A DNA stretch of 21,624 nt from Rhizaria sp. SCN 62-66. Taxonomy: Eukaryota. The DNA lies in the NCBI GenBank assembly GCA_001724265.1, contig MEDY01000001.1, forward strand, positions 186,001 to 207,624. Reading direction: 5' to 3'. Under the pieces are notes generated by a model. The model had not been told where the DNA came from, did no database searches, and saw only the letters and a list, made by a program, of their open reading frames with translations. Position 1 is the stretch's first letter. Every line of letters begins with the position of its first letter. Position numbers and translations under genes: made by a program. Positions 10,442 to 20,918 of the stretch are shown piece by piece.

Positions 10442-11070
10442 CAAAGATTGCAGCTGTTATTAGCACTTGAAATGAGTTACATAGAAACAAGGGTAGTACA
10501 TAGTTGAATAAATTGAATATTGTCTTTTATTATCTGATATGTTTCTTGTGTACATCAGGACGCTATGTATAACTCTTTTAGTTACACGCTTTGCGTTTGT
10601 ACATCCAGTACGTACGGGATCCGAGTAAGCTTACTAGTAAACATTCCGTGCGAATTCAAAATCGGGAGTAAATGTTTGATATTGCACGTATGTCGGGATG
10701 TATTGCGTCTTCTACAAGTCATGAACATACATGCTTTCCGATGAAAACAGTGACAAATACGATGGCGACAACAATACCGCGATTGTGTAGCAAAAAAAAT
10801 ACGGAGGTGTTGCAAAGCAAAATGCAATCGCCTTTGTTTCCACAGCAACTTAGTCACGAGAGTACGGTTTAAGACACTTGATGGTTTAAAACAAAAAAAG
10901 GAAGATAAAAAAACAAACAATTATTAAAAGAGAAAACAAACAAGCGAGAAAAATCGGTTGCCGTATGCGTCGTATGATACGCTCCGTCGTCGATCTCGCC
11001 CTCTATGCAATGCAATCAAAACGTGCAAGTCGATAAACAGTGTGTCGGTGCGCAGAACATAAGAGCGCCA

Positions 11071-12942
11071 TTAGTACCTCCGCTGCGTCACAGGAAACGT
11101 CTCGTCGCCCAACGACCCCGCGTCACCGTCAGCTTCGGGGTCAAAGAATGTCGTGAAACCTTTATCCTTGTTCCTGTTGTACTGCCGCTGCGCCGCCAGC
11201 GCCGCGCTGTGGCCGCCGCCGCCCCACTCGTCTCCGGTCACGTTGGTGCCGCCCGCGCCGCGCTGCCCGCCGCCCGCGCCGCCGCCGCCGCGGCCGACGC
11301 CGCCCGCGTGCGGAGACAGAGGGCCACGCGCGCCGGCGCCGCCGCCGAACTCCGCCCCCGCGCCGCCCGCGCCGGCGTCGGCAGCGTGGCCGTGGCCGCC
11401 GCCGCCGCCGAGCGCGACCGAAAGCCCTGCAGGGCGGCTGCGCGCCGTGCCGCCGATGTCCATGGACGCGAGGCGGTGGCGCATAAAGGCCGCGGCGTTG
11501 TCGTCGTCGCCGCCGTCGCCGCCGCTGGCGCCCGGGACCGGCAGCTCGGCGACCGCGCACGCGCCCGGCACGACATGGCTTGGCGCCGCGCTGGGGTCGA
11601 ACGGGCTGTGCACCGCGTTGCTCAGCAGCAGGCTGTCCGTGCCGACCGACATGAGGTAGGCCCCGTGACGCAACACGTCGTCGTTCACTGGCGAGACGGG
11701 ATCCTCGCGGGCTGGAGCGGCGGCGGCGGCCCTGGCGCTGTGTGTGCCGCCTGTCTGCACGCGCAGCCCCATAGCGAGGCCGGACGGCGCGCGGCTAGAC
11801 CGGGTGCCGCCGCCGTCGCGGGCGCTCTCAGCAGCCGCAGCAGCAGAGGCTGCGTCGCCGTCTGTGGTGTCGGTCTCGTCGTTGCCGCCGCTGTTGTGTT
11901 GCTGCTTGGGCCAGGTGCTGTTATGCGCGCTGCTGGCCTTGAGACGCGCGCTCGCGCCGCTGTGGCCGCTGCCCTTCTTCGCGCTGCGACCAACTGCGCC
12001 GTCGTTATCGTCGCTACCGTCGTCGTCGTCGTCGTCCGCGTCAGCGCCAGCGCCAGCGCCGGGCGTGATGAACGAGTCGCTCACGCCGGCAACCGCGTGC
12101 GGCGTGCCCGCGGCGCGCGTGTGTGAGGCGTAGAAGCTCGTACTGGTGACGCCGCCGCTGCTGCTGCTGCTGCTGTGGCTGCTGCTGTTGCTTGGTGACG
12201 CTGATGCGACCATCACTCGCGCACCCGCAGCAGAGCCAGGCACGGCTGTGTTCAGCGTCGAGAACGGCATCGTGCCCGCGGCGGCCGCGGCGCCCTCGTT
12301 GCCGCTGCCGTCGTTGGCGTACTTGCTCTTTGCATACTTGGCACCGACAAACACAGCGCGTTGCTTCGCCTCGTCGCTCGCAGCCTCCGAGTGCGCGCGC
12401 ACAACCACCTTGAGCACGGGCGCGGTCGCCGCGGCGGCCTCGGCGGCTGTGGCCAGCGCGCCGTCGTGCGCCGCGATCGCGCCCCCTGTGGCGACAGTGG
12501 CGGCCTTGGCCAGCACCGAGTGGCCGTGGGGGCCTGCGTGGGTGAAGACGTAGTACTGCTCCTCTTCGAGCACTTCGGGCTTCGAGGACGCGGCGGTAAG
12601 CGCAACGCGCGCGGCGAGCGCGGCGACGTCGAAGCTGGCACGCCACTTGTCGCCGCCGTCGTCGCCGACACCTTTGACTGCGATGGTGAAGACTTTGCTG
12701 TCGAACGTGCCGGCGTGCTTGTCGGCAAGGAAAAGCGACGAGTAGAACGAGAGTGGTTCGTCCCAGTCTACGTTACCGTTGGAAACAAGCCCCAGCGCCG
12801 TCTGCACGACTTTCTCCTTGCGTTTGAGCTGGCACTGCAGCGCGGCGCCCTCGAGCGCGCGCGGCAGGTTGTGCAGGTGGCAGACGTAGACGTGGAAGTC
12901 GAAGCGGACCTTCTTGCGGCCCAGGTTCTTGAAGAACGACAT
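11071..12942 (-). CDS. NT-C2 (EEIG1/EHBP1-type C2) domain protein with long disordered tail, 623 aa
   Basis: N-terminus MSFFKNLGRKKVRFDFHVYVCHLHNLP…LKRKEK..QT…V.NGNVDWDEPLSFYSSLF…FDSKVFTIAV matches the NT-C2 pattern. The rest is Gly/Ala/Ser/Asp low complexity. Stop TAA. Confidence 0.8.
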   Translation of the reverse strand: MSFFKNLGRKKVRFDFHVYVCHLHNLPRALEGAALQCQLKRKEKVVQTALGLVSNGNVDWDEPLSFYSSLFLADKHAGTFDSKVFTIAVKGVGDDGGDKWRASFDVAALAARVALTAASSKPEVLEEEQYYVFTHAGPHGHSVLAKAATVATGGAIAAHDGALATAAEAAAATAPVLKVVVRAHSEAASDEAKQRAVFVGAKYAKSKYANDGSGNEGAAAAAGTMPFSTLNTAVPGSAAGARVMVASASPSNSSSHSSSSSSGGVTSTSFYASHTRAAGTPHAVAGVSDSFITPGAGAGADADDDDDDGSDDNDGAVGRSAKKGSGHSGASARLKASSAHNSTWPKQQHNSGGNDETDTTDGDAASAAAAAESARDGGGTRSSRAPSGLAMGLRVQTGGTHSARAAAAAPAREDPVSPVNDDVLRHGAYLMSVGTDSLLLSNAVHSPFDPSAAPSHVVPGACAVAELPVPGASGGDGGDDDNAAAFMRHRLASMDIGGTARSRPAGLSVALGGGGGHGHAADAGAGGAGAEFGGGAGARGPLSPHAGGVGRGGGGAGGGQRGAGGTNVTGDEWGGGGHSAALAAQRQYNRNKDKGFTTFFDPEADGDAGSLGDETFPVTQRRY

Positions 12943-14065
12943 TGTGGCGCAAAGCACAAAGCGTCGCTTAACTGCACGTGGTGTTAGGTGATCGAGGAAA
13001 AAAACGAGTTGTGGCGGTGACGCGACTCTAGATAACAAGAGTTTATAGGGATGGGTGCAAAGGCGCTCTGCTCGAAGGCCTCAGGTGGACGACTTTTGCT
13101 GCAAAACACACAAATTAGAGAGAGCTTAATATAAACCGTGAGATACAGCGCGATATTTTTCTGGTGTGCTGCCCAGAGTGGTTCTGGGGAGGTTAGGCGA
13201 GGAGATAGGGCAGGTTGTACAAAAGGGCAGGTGTGAGTTGAGAAGCACGTGGAGCAAGAAAGAACGGCTCAAACTCGCCAGCGCATCTTGATGGAGCCAA
13301 CAGCAGAGCAGCGTGCTATTTTCAATCGCATTCTTACGGGAAAAGTGTTATTTTGCTATCGCACTTCGTGGAACATAACGTATTGATGCATTCTGAAGGA
13401 GCGCCTCGCGACAGTGACGAGGCAACTAATACCGGCTCGACAGTAAGCGGTATATCATGCAAGAACACAAAAGGAAATTGGGCAAAGGAATTATCCATCG
13501 TCGCCCATAGATAAGTCTTCGTAGAATCGCGAACGACGGACTGCTGAGAGAGATACAATGACATTTGAGAATCGTCTCAAGAGGTGGTGCTAGTCGGTGC
13601 AACTCTTGGTTTCAACTGTCTCTTCAGTTTTGCGCTAGCTCGTCGAAAAGCATGAACACTGCAATATTGACGTCAACGGATGAGATCTTATTATGTTCAC
13701 GACTGAGACAACGAGTACTAGTGCATTGACTTAAAAGTACACTATGATCGCAATGCCTTTGTCACGCACTGTGCGCCCCCCTTCTCGGGTTGACCTTTGA
13801 GTGTGACTCCATTGTGACCCGATTGCCCTCTGACACCCAGCATGCCTACGTCCGATCTGCAATGGCGTAACAGTCGCGTGCGCAATGAATTATAGTTGTC
13901 TTTATACGTCATCAATTGGTTTCCCCTCTTAGCTCCTTCTCCAATCTCACATTCTGACGCTTCGAATATCTCCGCTCGCTCTTTCGGCTCTTCCCCACTC
14001 CCTCTCTCACTTCATTCCTCGCTCCGACGTGCCTTACCACAACGCCCGCAGCACTCCGTACCGCG

Positions 14066-14506
14066 ATGTTCCGCCGGGCCGCCTCCCGCGTCGCTACCGT
14101 GTCTGCGCCCCGCGCGCTGTTCTCCGCCGCCGCGCGCGTGCCGTCGATCAAGTTCACCCATGGCGCCCGCGCGCAGATCGAGGCCCAGCTCAAGGCCGCC
14201 GCGCTCGTCACCCCGGCCCACTTTGCCACCTTCACCGCTGGCGCCGCCTCCTCCGGCGTCGCTCCCGCCGTCGCGGCCGCGTCCGCGGGCTCCATGGTCC
14301 AGACCGTGGGCCCCACTGTCGTGGTCGGCGGCAAGAAGACCACCACCATCTACATGCCCGCGTCGTGCATGACCGACCCCTTCGGCCGCCCCGCGATGGC
14401 GTTCGACGAGGCCACCATTGCCATGATCGACGCCGGCGGCGCCGTCGACCCCCCGGTCAAGAAGGACGCCAAGGGCGGCAAGGGCGGCAAGCCCGCCAAG
14501 AAGTAA
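14066..14506 (+). CDS. KGD4: Mitochondrial KGD4/MRPS36-like protein (2-oxoglutarate dehydrogenase adaptor), 146 aa
   Basis: Arg/Ala/Ser-rich presequence MFRRAASRV…, then the RVPSIKF motif, a flexible Ala-rich linker and the C-terminal helix motif RPAMAFDEATIAMIDAGGA (compare the family pattern EEI..I..GG). Strong codon bias; stop TAA. Confidence 0.72.
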   Translation: MFRRAASRVATVSAPRALFSAAARVPSIKFTHGARAQIEAQLKAAALVTPAHFATFTAGAASSGVAPAVAAASAGSMVQTVGPTVVVGGKKTTTIYMPASCMTDPFGRPAMAFDEATIAMIDAGGAVDPPVKKDAKGGKGGKPAKK

Positions 14507-15687
14507 GCGCGCCAGCAACGAACACTGGCGGCGAACAAGCTTGAAATTGCATGTAACATTTGCTATTTGCTACCGATCACACGTGAGTTGGAGGTTTCTG
14601 CTCCTCGATCCACGTGTATGGTATGATTGCAAGTGTAGATGCAAGTGCTATGAAGTACACCACAAGCACCGACGATCTCAGATACGCTGCAGACTGCATG
14701 TTGTGTGTCTGTCGCTGTTGATGTGTTGTGCGTGTTGGAGGTGGAATCTATCTATTGTCGCAGTCTCTGTCTGTGTAAGTAACGACGAACAAACTTACAT
14801 GGTGGCAGTCAATGGTGTACGTGGGTGTGTGAGTACACACGCACACGTGGACTCTTGACAGCTGCGCTATTCTAATAACACAAATCAAATCTCAAAATCT
14901 CAATTTTATCTTACAACCTCAGGGAGTTGTTGCTTCTGTTGCTGTTGCAGCTGTGTAACGACACGGATTACGCTCTCGTTATAATTAGTAATAATACAAA
15001 TCTCATAAGAAAAATATAGCACGCTCGCGTAGTTTGAGACGCACGTATGATTTGCAAGAAAATAGGCATCGATAAGGGTCGGGGAAAACAAATGTTATTG
15101 TAAGCTTAATGAAATAAACCAATGAAATATACTTGCTGCGTTCTGCATCGGCAGCCCTGACCATTTGTGACACGCAGACTCACGATTTTCTTTTCAAAAC
15201 AACCAATCAACGCAATAACAACAAACATGAAATCAGTAATAAGCAAGAACAATTTCACTCTTCTTAGAAGGTTGTCAAATTATGTATTCATCTGATGACG
15301 TGCGGTCAATGATTCATATCGATATCTTCCGAAACCGTCCAAGTGTGTGCCCACTTGAATATAAAAATCCGGTGTCAATCGCGTAATCCCGTCATCCCAT
15401 CATAAGGTTAGTTGTGCTAGGTAATTGTGACATTATATGGAGCTTTCTTGTTGTCATATTGTAATGTTGCGGACGGAGAGAAGGTTGATATAGCTATATC
15501 ATATTGATACGTTTGCCCAGGCTGCTGGTCCATTCAAACACGCTCTTGAACGGTTTCATCCTCAGAGCTGGCCCGGCTCACACTTTTCTTGTCGCGTAGT
15601 GACGAAGTCGACCGCTTGATAAACCCGTCGGAATTGCCAGCGAGCGCCGCCAGCCCCGCTCGTAGTGATGAGCGCGGGGCAGGGTTA

Positions 15688-15929
15688 TCACTGCTGGCCC
15701 AGGCTCTGACTGAGGTCCAGACCCTGGCTTTGACTGTGTCTGCGGCGCGCCGGAGCAGGGCTCTCACCGGGCGGCCGCGGGCTCTCCCCCAGCGGCCGCG
15801 AGCGCCGCATCACAATGCGCCCGTCGCTGGCGCCAGAACCGACGTTGGCGACGACGTGCGGACTACCACTGCCACTGCCGCTGCCGCTACCGCGGCTGCG
15901 GCTGCGCGGCTGCTGCGGCGACTGCTGAC

Positions 15930-15984
<55 letters not shown>

Positions 15985-18498
15985 AGACGGCAAGGGAGAC
16001 TGGCCCCGCGACCCGCCACCGCCACCACCGTCGTTGCCGTTGTTGGCGTGAAGCCGCGCCCCCGCCGACGGCGGCCGCGCTTGTTCGCGGTGCAGGTTGA
16101 ACGAGCGCTGCCGCATCGGCACCACGCCCTGTCCGCCGGCGGCCGCGAAGCGGGCCTGGCTGTGCGCGCCCAGTGCCGACAGCGACGACGGCGACACCAG
16201 CACGGCGCCAACGCCGCTGTTTGCACTGACGCCTGCACTGTTGTTCTGAGCACTGACTGCGAGCGGGTTGAGGCTCGCTGCGGCGCCGCCGGCGCCCGCG
16301 GCTGCACCGGCCCCACCGGCACCAGCGGCGCTGACTGCGTTGGCGTTAAGCAGGATCGAGTGCGCAGGCGCTGTAGGCGCGCTGAACGGGTCGTTTGCAG
16401 TGACGATCGACCCGTCGGCCGCGATCACGGGCGGCGGCAGCGGCAGGAACATGCTGAACGCACGCATCAACGGCCCTTGCTCGCTGGAATGCGCCGTCGC
16501 GCCGTCCTCGTCGTCGTCGTCGTCGCTGCCGCTGCAGTCACACTGGAACGAGAGGCAGCACAGTGCGACGATGGTCAGCACAAACACCGCGACGAGCAGA
16601 CCGAGCGTGATGGCCTTGAACGTGATCAGCGTGTTGAGTGTCGACGTGATGGCAACAGTGCCGAAGCCCACGGTCTCTTCGCTCTCGTGTTCGGCGTCGA
16701 ACAGTGGACACGGCCCCAGCGGGCCCGCAGCGCCACCGCCGAAGCACTGGTTGTGGCAGTCTGGCACGGCGGCGGCCGCGAACGGCGGCACGGCGCACAC
16801 GCCGCACAGGGAGAGCAGCGATGGACCGCCGCGGACGCCCGCGCAGTCGGAGGCGCACACTTGCAACACACGCACGCTCATGTCGACGCTCACGGCATCG
16901 GCAGCGGCATCTGCGTCGGGGTCTGCGCCTGTGCCCGTGACGTCGCCAGGGGTGAGCGCAGTGCCGGCGCCGGCGTAGCGCGAGGCAGGCCGCTGCGCGA
17001 TGCAGTCGCACGTGTCGTCTACAGTGGGCGCCGCCGGCAGCGCGATGCCCGTCGCGCTCACGGCCACCGTGGCCGGCGCGGCGGGCCCGACGGCGGGAGC
17101 GTGGGCCCAGCGGAGGGGCAGCGCGGGCGAGAGCATAACGGTGCCCGCGGTGGCGTCCGGGGTGGCGATCCCGTTGGGCACCGCGAGCTGCAGAGTCAGC
17201 GGCGTGGCCGCGTTTGAGGTGGTGGGCGTGTTGCAGCGAAACACGGAGCCTGAGACAGCGCGCGCCAGGGCGCTGCGGCCGATGCTGAACGTGTTCGGGT
17301 CGTCAGAGTCCGCTGCAGCGGCCTCAGCATCGGCGGGGGAAACGCCCGTGGTCGCAAGCGGTAAGAACGGCGCGTCATGCGCAGCCTGCGGGAGATCGTC
17401 TGGGTCGGTTGTGATGAGACACCACAAAGTGGCGTCGTCGTCGCTGCTGCTCACAATCACGCCGTCGGCGGACACAGCAGAGGCGGAGCGCAGTGCGGGC
17501 GCAAAGGCCTCGCCCGCGGGCCCGCGGAAGCCGCGCGCGCGCAGCGGTGCGCCGAAGGAGGCGACTGTGAGCGCGGTCGTGCTGCTGTTACGCACCGGCA
17601 GCGGAGACAGACACGCCGCGGGGGCGACGGGTAGCGCCGCAAGGGTAACCGTAGTGCCCGCGAGCAGCGTCTCGGCCGGGAAGAGCTGCGATACCGGTGA
17701 TGCGGCCGCCGCCCCTGTGAGGAGCCCCGGCCAGTCTGTGGTGTGGGGCCAGCCGGAGGCCTCGGCGTTGGCGGCCGGCAGCAGCCCCCAGAGTGCAGGC
17801 GGCGCAGTGGCCATCGTCACGGTTTGCGCCTGCCCCAGCGCCGTCACGGCCGCGATCACGTCAGGGTCCCCGGTCACCGCGATGTCCTAGGCGTTGGCGA
17901 GCGTCAACGAGGCCCAGATCGAGTCGGGGGACTGTAGTACGACGTCCAGCGCCCAGATCGCCTTCGACAGCGCGGAGGCGTTTGTTGGAGTCGTGGAATC
18001 TGTGGCACGCAGCGGGCCGCGCGTGCGGAGCGCAAAGATGCCCGCCGCGGCGTCGCAGTGCACCCGACGGGAGAAGCTCAGCGCGTTCACGTTGAACTCG
18101 TATTTCTCAAGCGCGAATGGCGTGATAGAGCCCTTAATCGAGCCGGGGAGTTCGGCAGACGAGGCTGCAAGAGAATAGAGGCTTAGTGTCTGGCTGGTGT
18201 TCAGGTTGACGCCAACGGTGCTCGTAGACATGCCGAAGAGCGAGAAGGGGAAGGCGTAGGTGCGCGAGGTGGTGTAGGGAACACTGGTGAAGTTTGCGAC
18301 TGAAGACAGATCCAGCGCGGCAAACGCGGCATCCGCAGTAACTGGAAGCGGGTAGCGGTGCCAGCCTATGTACTGCGCACCCGCGCGCGGAGCCGCTAGA
18401 AGGCAGCAAAGTAGCGCGAGCGTGAGCGCCGCGGCAGAAACGGCGCGGCGGTGCGGCGGGCTGCAGGGGCGTGGAGACAACGACGGGGGCGGCGGCAT
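15688..18498 (-). CDS. Type I membrane/surface protein, 936 codons, with one in-frame TAG at 17889-17887
   Basis: Signal peptide (…AAALTLALLCCLLAAPRAGA|QY), ectodomain, Cys motif DCAGVRGG…CGVC…DCHNQCFGG, TM AITLGLLVAVFVLTIVALCCL, and a cytosolic low-complexity/polyQ tail. ORFs 17887-18609 and 15688-17877 are the same frame, separated only by the TAG. Ends TGA TAA. Confidence 0.75.
15931..15984 (-). repeat. (CAG)18 microsatellite encoding polyglutamine
   Basis: Uninterrupted CTG x18 on the + strand, inside the membrane-protein CDS. Confidence 0.95.
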
Positions 18499-19205
18499 GC
18501 TGCGCAAGGAGTGCGCGCGCGCGGGGAACAATTGAGAGTCCAAGGTCGTAGCGTGAGGCTCCGTGTGGAAGCGGGTGAACGCTGTTACGGTGTGCAGGAA
18601 AGGAGTCAAGAACTACGGACAAGTTTGTGGTGGGTGGTGGCCGACCGGCCGGAAGACCGCTTAGAGCTGCGTTTTCGTGAAACAGGAAGTAAACACGTGA
18701 AGTTGTAATGTAAGTATGTTTAGTATATCAAAAATGTGTCTGAATGCAACAAGTATGTGACAAACATGGGGTATACGCGCGTTTCTTGAGTGCATCAGAG
18801 GGATACGTGGGGCGCGGGAAAAAAGCAACTTGTAGTCGGTATATGTGCATAGATTGATCGTCAAAGTGGACAAGGATTATACCCCAGTGACTATTTCGAT
18901 CGCATTTATATTTCTTTAAAATATCAATCTCATATCGGTCCTTCACTCCTCTCTACACGGTATACATCCATCTTCATCCTGTCCGTTCGAACAAGGTCTG
19001 CTCTCGTGTGTACGAATTCAGCAACCACAACCCACGCTACTCTGCGACGACGCGCATTATCCCGGTGCATTCTGTTGCGTGCTTGTCTGTTTGTAGGCCG
19101 TACTCAGAGCGTAAACCAGTCACTAGCTCTTCTCTCTCGCTCCTGACCAACACAAATACTGAGCCAAATCATATCTGATAGAATCTTGACTGACGGCAGC
19201 CTAAC

Positions 19206-20107
19206 ATGTCGTCGTCATCGTCGCTATCCCCGTCGTCAGCGTCAACATCGTCGCTGTTTGATCGCACGGGCGCCAACGCCCGCCCTGGGCCTAATTCAAG
19301 CATGCATGGTACGCTCTCCTGATCCTAAAGTCACTTTGGTCCACCGTCTGACTTGAACAAACCTCATGACTGAGCAATGACAGCACGGCTATCACTATTG
19401 GCAAGCATTCCCGAGCTCAATTCGGTGGACACATCTCACTAACGCACTGTTTAATTGTGTATTAACGCAAACTCATTGTTATACGGCACAACTCAACCAA
19501 TATAGAGCGTGGCGGTCTGGTCCACACCGTTCTGGAGCAGTTCGGCCTCGAAGGCTCCTCCGACGAAGACACCGCCGCTGCCGCAGCCTCCGCCGCGGAC
19601 CCGAACTCTGCCGCAGGCGCGCGCTTTGGTCCCCTGAGTGCGCTGGCGCCCGCGTCCCACTCTGCCGCCGTCTCGGGGCCCCAGGGCCGATGCCTGGGCT
19701 GGCTGGCCCCGCCGACGCCGCGCGCGTATGCGGCGTGCTGCTTCCACGCCTGGGGCACCTACACAGCCCTCGCGCTGCTCGCTGCCGTCGCGCTGCTGGG
19801 CGGGGCGCTTGCGCGCGAGCCCGCGGCCAGCAAGCGCGCGCAGGAGAGCGAGGACGACGCGCTGGCGCGGGCGGCCAACACGCAGGCGGGCCGGCTGCTG
19901 GGCGCGTTCGGCACGCTCGCTGGACTGGCGTGGGTCGTGTGCTTTATGCGCCGCCGCAGGGCTAAGACGCATCTCCACAACACGGGTCATGGCACGGCCG
20001 CGCAGGCGCAGGGCCGCGGCGCGGGGGCGCGCAGCAGCGGCGGCAATAGTAACGGGGCGGGGCAGGGGCGAGATGATAACGGGGAGTACGAGGAGGAGTA
20101 TATGTGA
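19206..20107 (+). CDS. Orphan two-TM protein, 2 exons (19206-19308, 19506-20107), 234 aa; not in the ORF track
   Basis: Exon 1 reads MSSSSSLSPSSASTSSLFDRTGANARPGPNSSMH. A phase-1 intron 19309-19505 (GTACGC, CTAAC 19439-19443, TATAG) rebuilds GAG. Exon 2 reads ERGGLVHTVLEQF…YTALALLAAVALLGGALA…LLGAFGTLAGLAWVVCFMRRRR…EYEEEYM, then TGA. Confidence 0.78.
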
Positions 20108-20633
20108 GGGTGTACGCGTGAGGTACGCGTGGGAGATGTGTGAACGTTTGTGTCGATCTCCACTTTGACGGCAACTTACTGCTTGAAGTCCGCGTTTGTC
20201 CTGACTGTTTATCTTTGTGGCAGTGATGTGCGTTGAAGATACCACTGTGAGCGACGCGTGTCGCGCTTTTATATGTTACTTAGTATGATTATTGTGATTA
20301 TAATTCAGTTTTGTGTCACTATTGAGGTTTAAATACATCGAGTCAGTCGAAGCGAACTGTTAAGATAGGTGACTCATGAATCAAGGATGTATTGCCAGTT
20401 TCAAAGGACTCAAAAGATGCCAGATCAACTTGATAAGCTATAAAGTATGTATCCAAACGCTATATAACAATATGAGTAAGTATTACCCAGCTTTGTGACT
20501 CGGTTAGCACTCACCGGCTTAGTTCTCATCGATCACCAGCTATCATCACATGCGCCTTGCCGCGCCGACGATAGGCATGGTTGAGGACAGGTCGATTGTC
20601 AACACGGGTGTGACAGTAGCTAAAGTAAAGCAC

Positions 20634-20918
20634 TCATTGCGCAGCACCGTCGGCCGCGGGCGCGACCGTAGGCAGCGCGTTCTCGTCGCGAAGCTGCACA
20701 AACACCTGTGCCCCATCGGCCAGCACGTCGCAGAGCACTGCGGCCATGTCGAGCTCCTTGCCGGACTTGAGCACCACGCCCAGCGGCGCACCAAACTGGA
20801 TCCCAAATGTGGGGTCGTAGCGCGCCAGCGCAGCGTTCGCCAGCCACTGAACCGACTGGTAGCCCTCGCCGCACTGCAGGGTGATCATCTTATCCTTGAC
20901 GATAACGTGCACCTTCAT
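20634..20918 (-). CDS. Small ubiquitin-fold protein resembling the Par3/HAL N-terminal domain, 94 aa
   Basis: MKVHVIVKDKMITLQCGEGYQSVQWLANAALARYD…LDMAAVLCDVLADGAQVFVQL matches the V.CG.G...V.WL...A..RY…L…..DVL.D pattern of that domain. Stop TGA. Confidence 0.7.
   Translation of the reverse strand: MKVHVIVKDKMITLQCGEGYQSVQWLANAALARYDPTFGIQFGAPLGVVLKSGKELDMAAVLCDVLADGAQVFVQLRDENALPTVAPAADGAAQ

Noticed and set aside
13667-13676. Palindrome ttgacgtcaa (CRE/bZIP-like site) in a divergent spacer
   Set aside because: Single occurrence, and the same 10-mer also appears inside cathepsin coding sequence (~4004), so it is compatible with chance.
13784-13825. Possible hairpin (tcgggttgac…gagtgtgactc…gtgacccga) as an ncRNA or SL RNA candidate
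   Set aside because: Short imperfect stem with no recognisable tRNA, snRNA, snoRNA or Sm-site features.
17887-17889. Pyrrolysine or selenocysteine recoding
   Set aside because: Sec uses UGA, and Pyl is not known in eukaryotic nuclear genes; the site is non-catalytic and no pyl genes are present.
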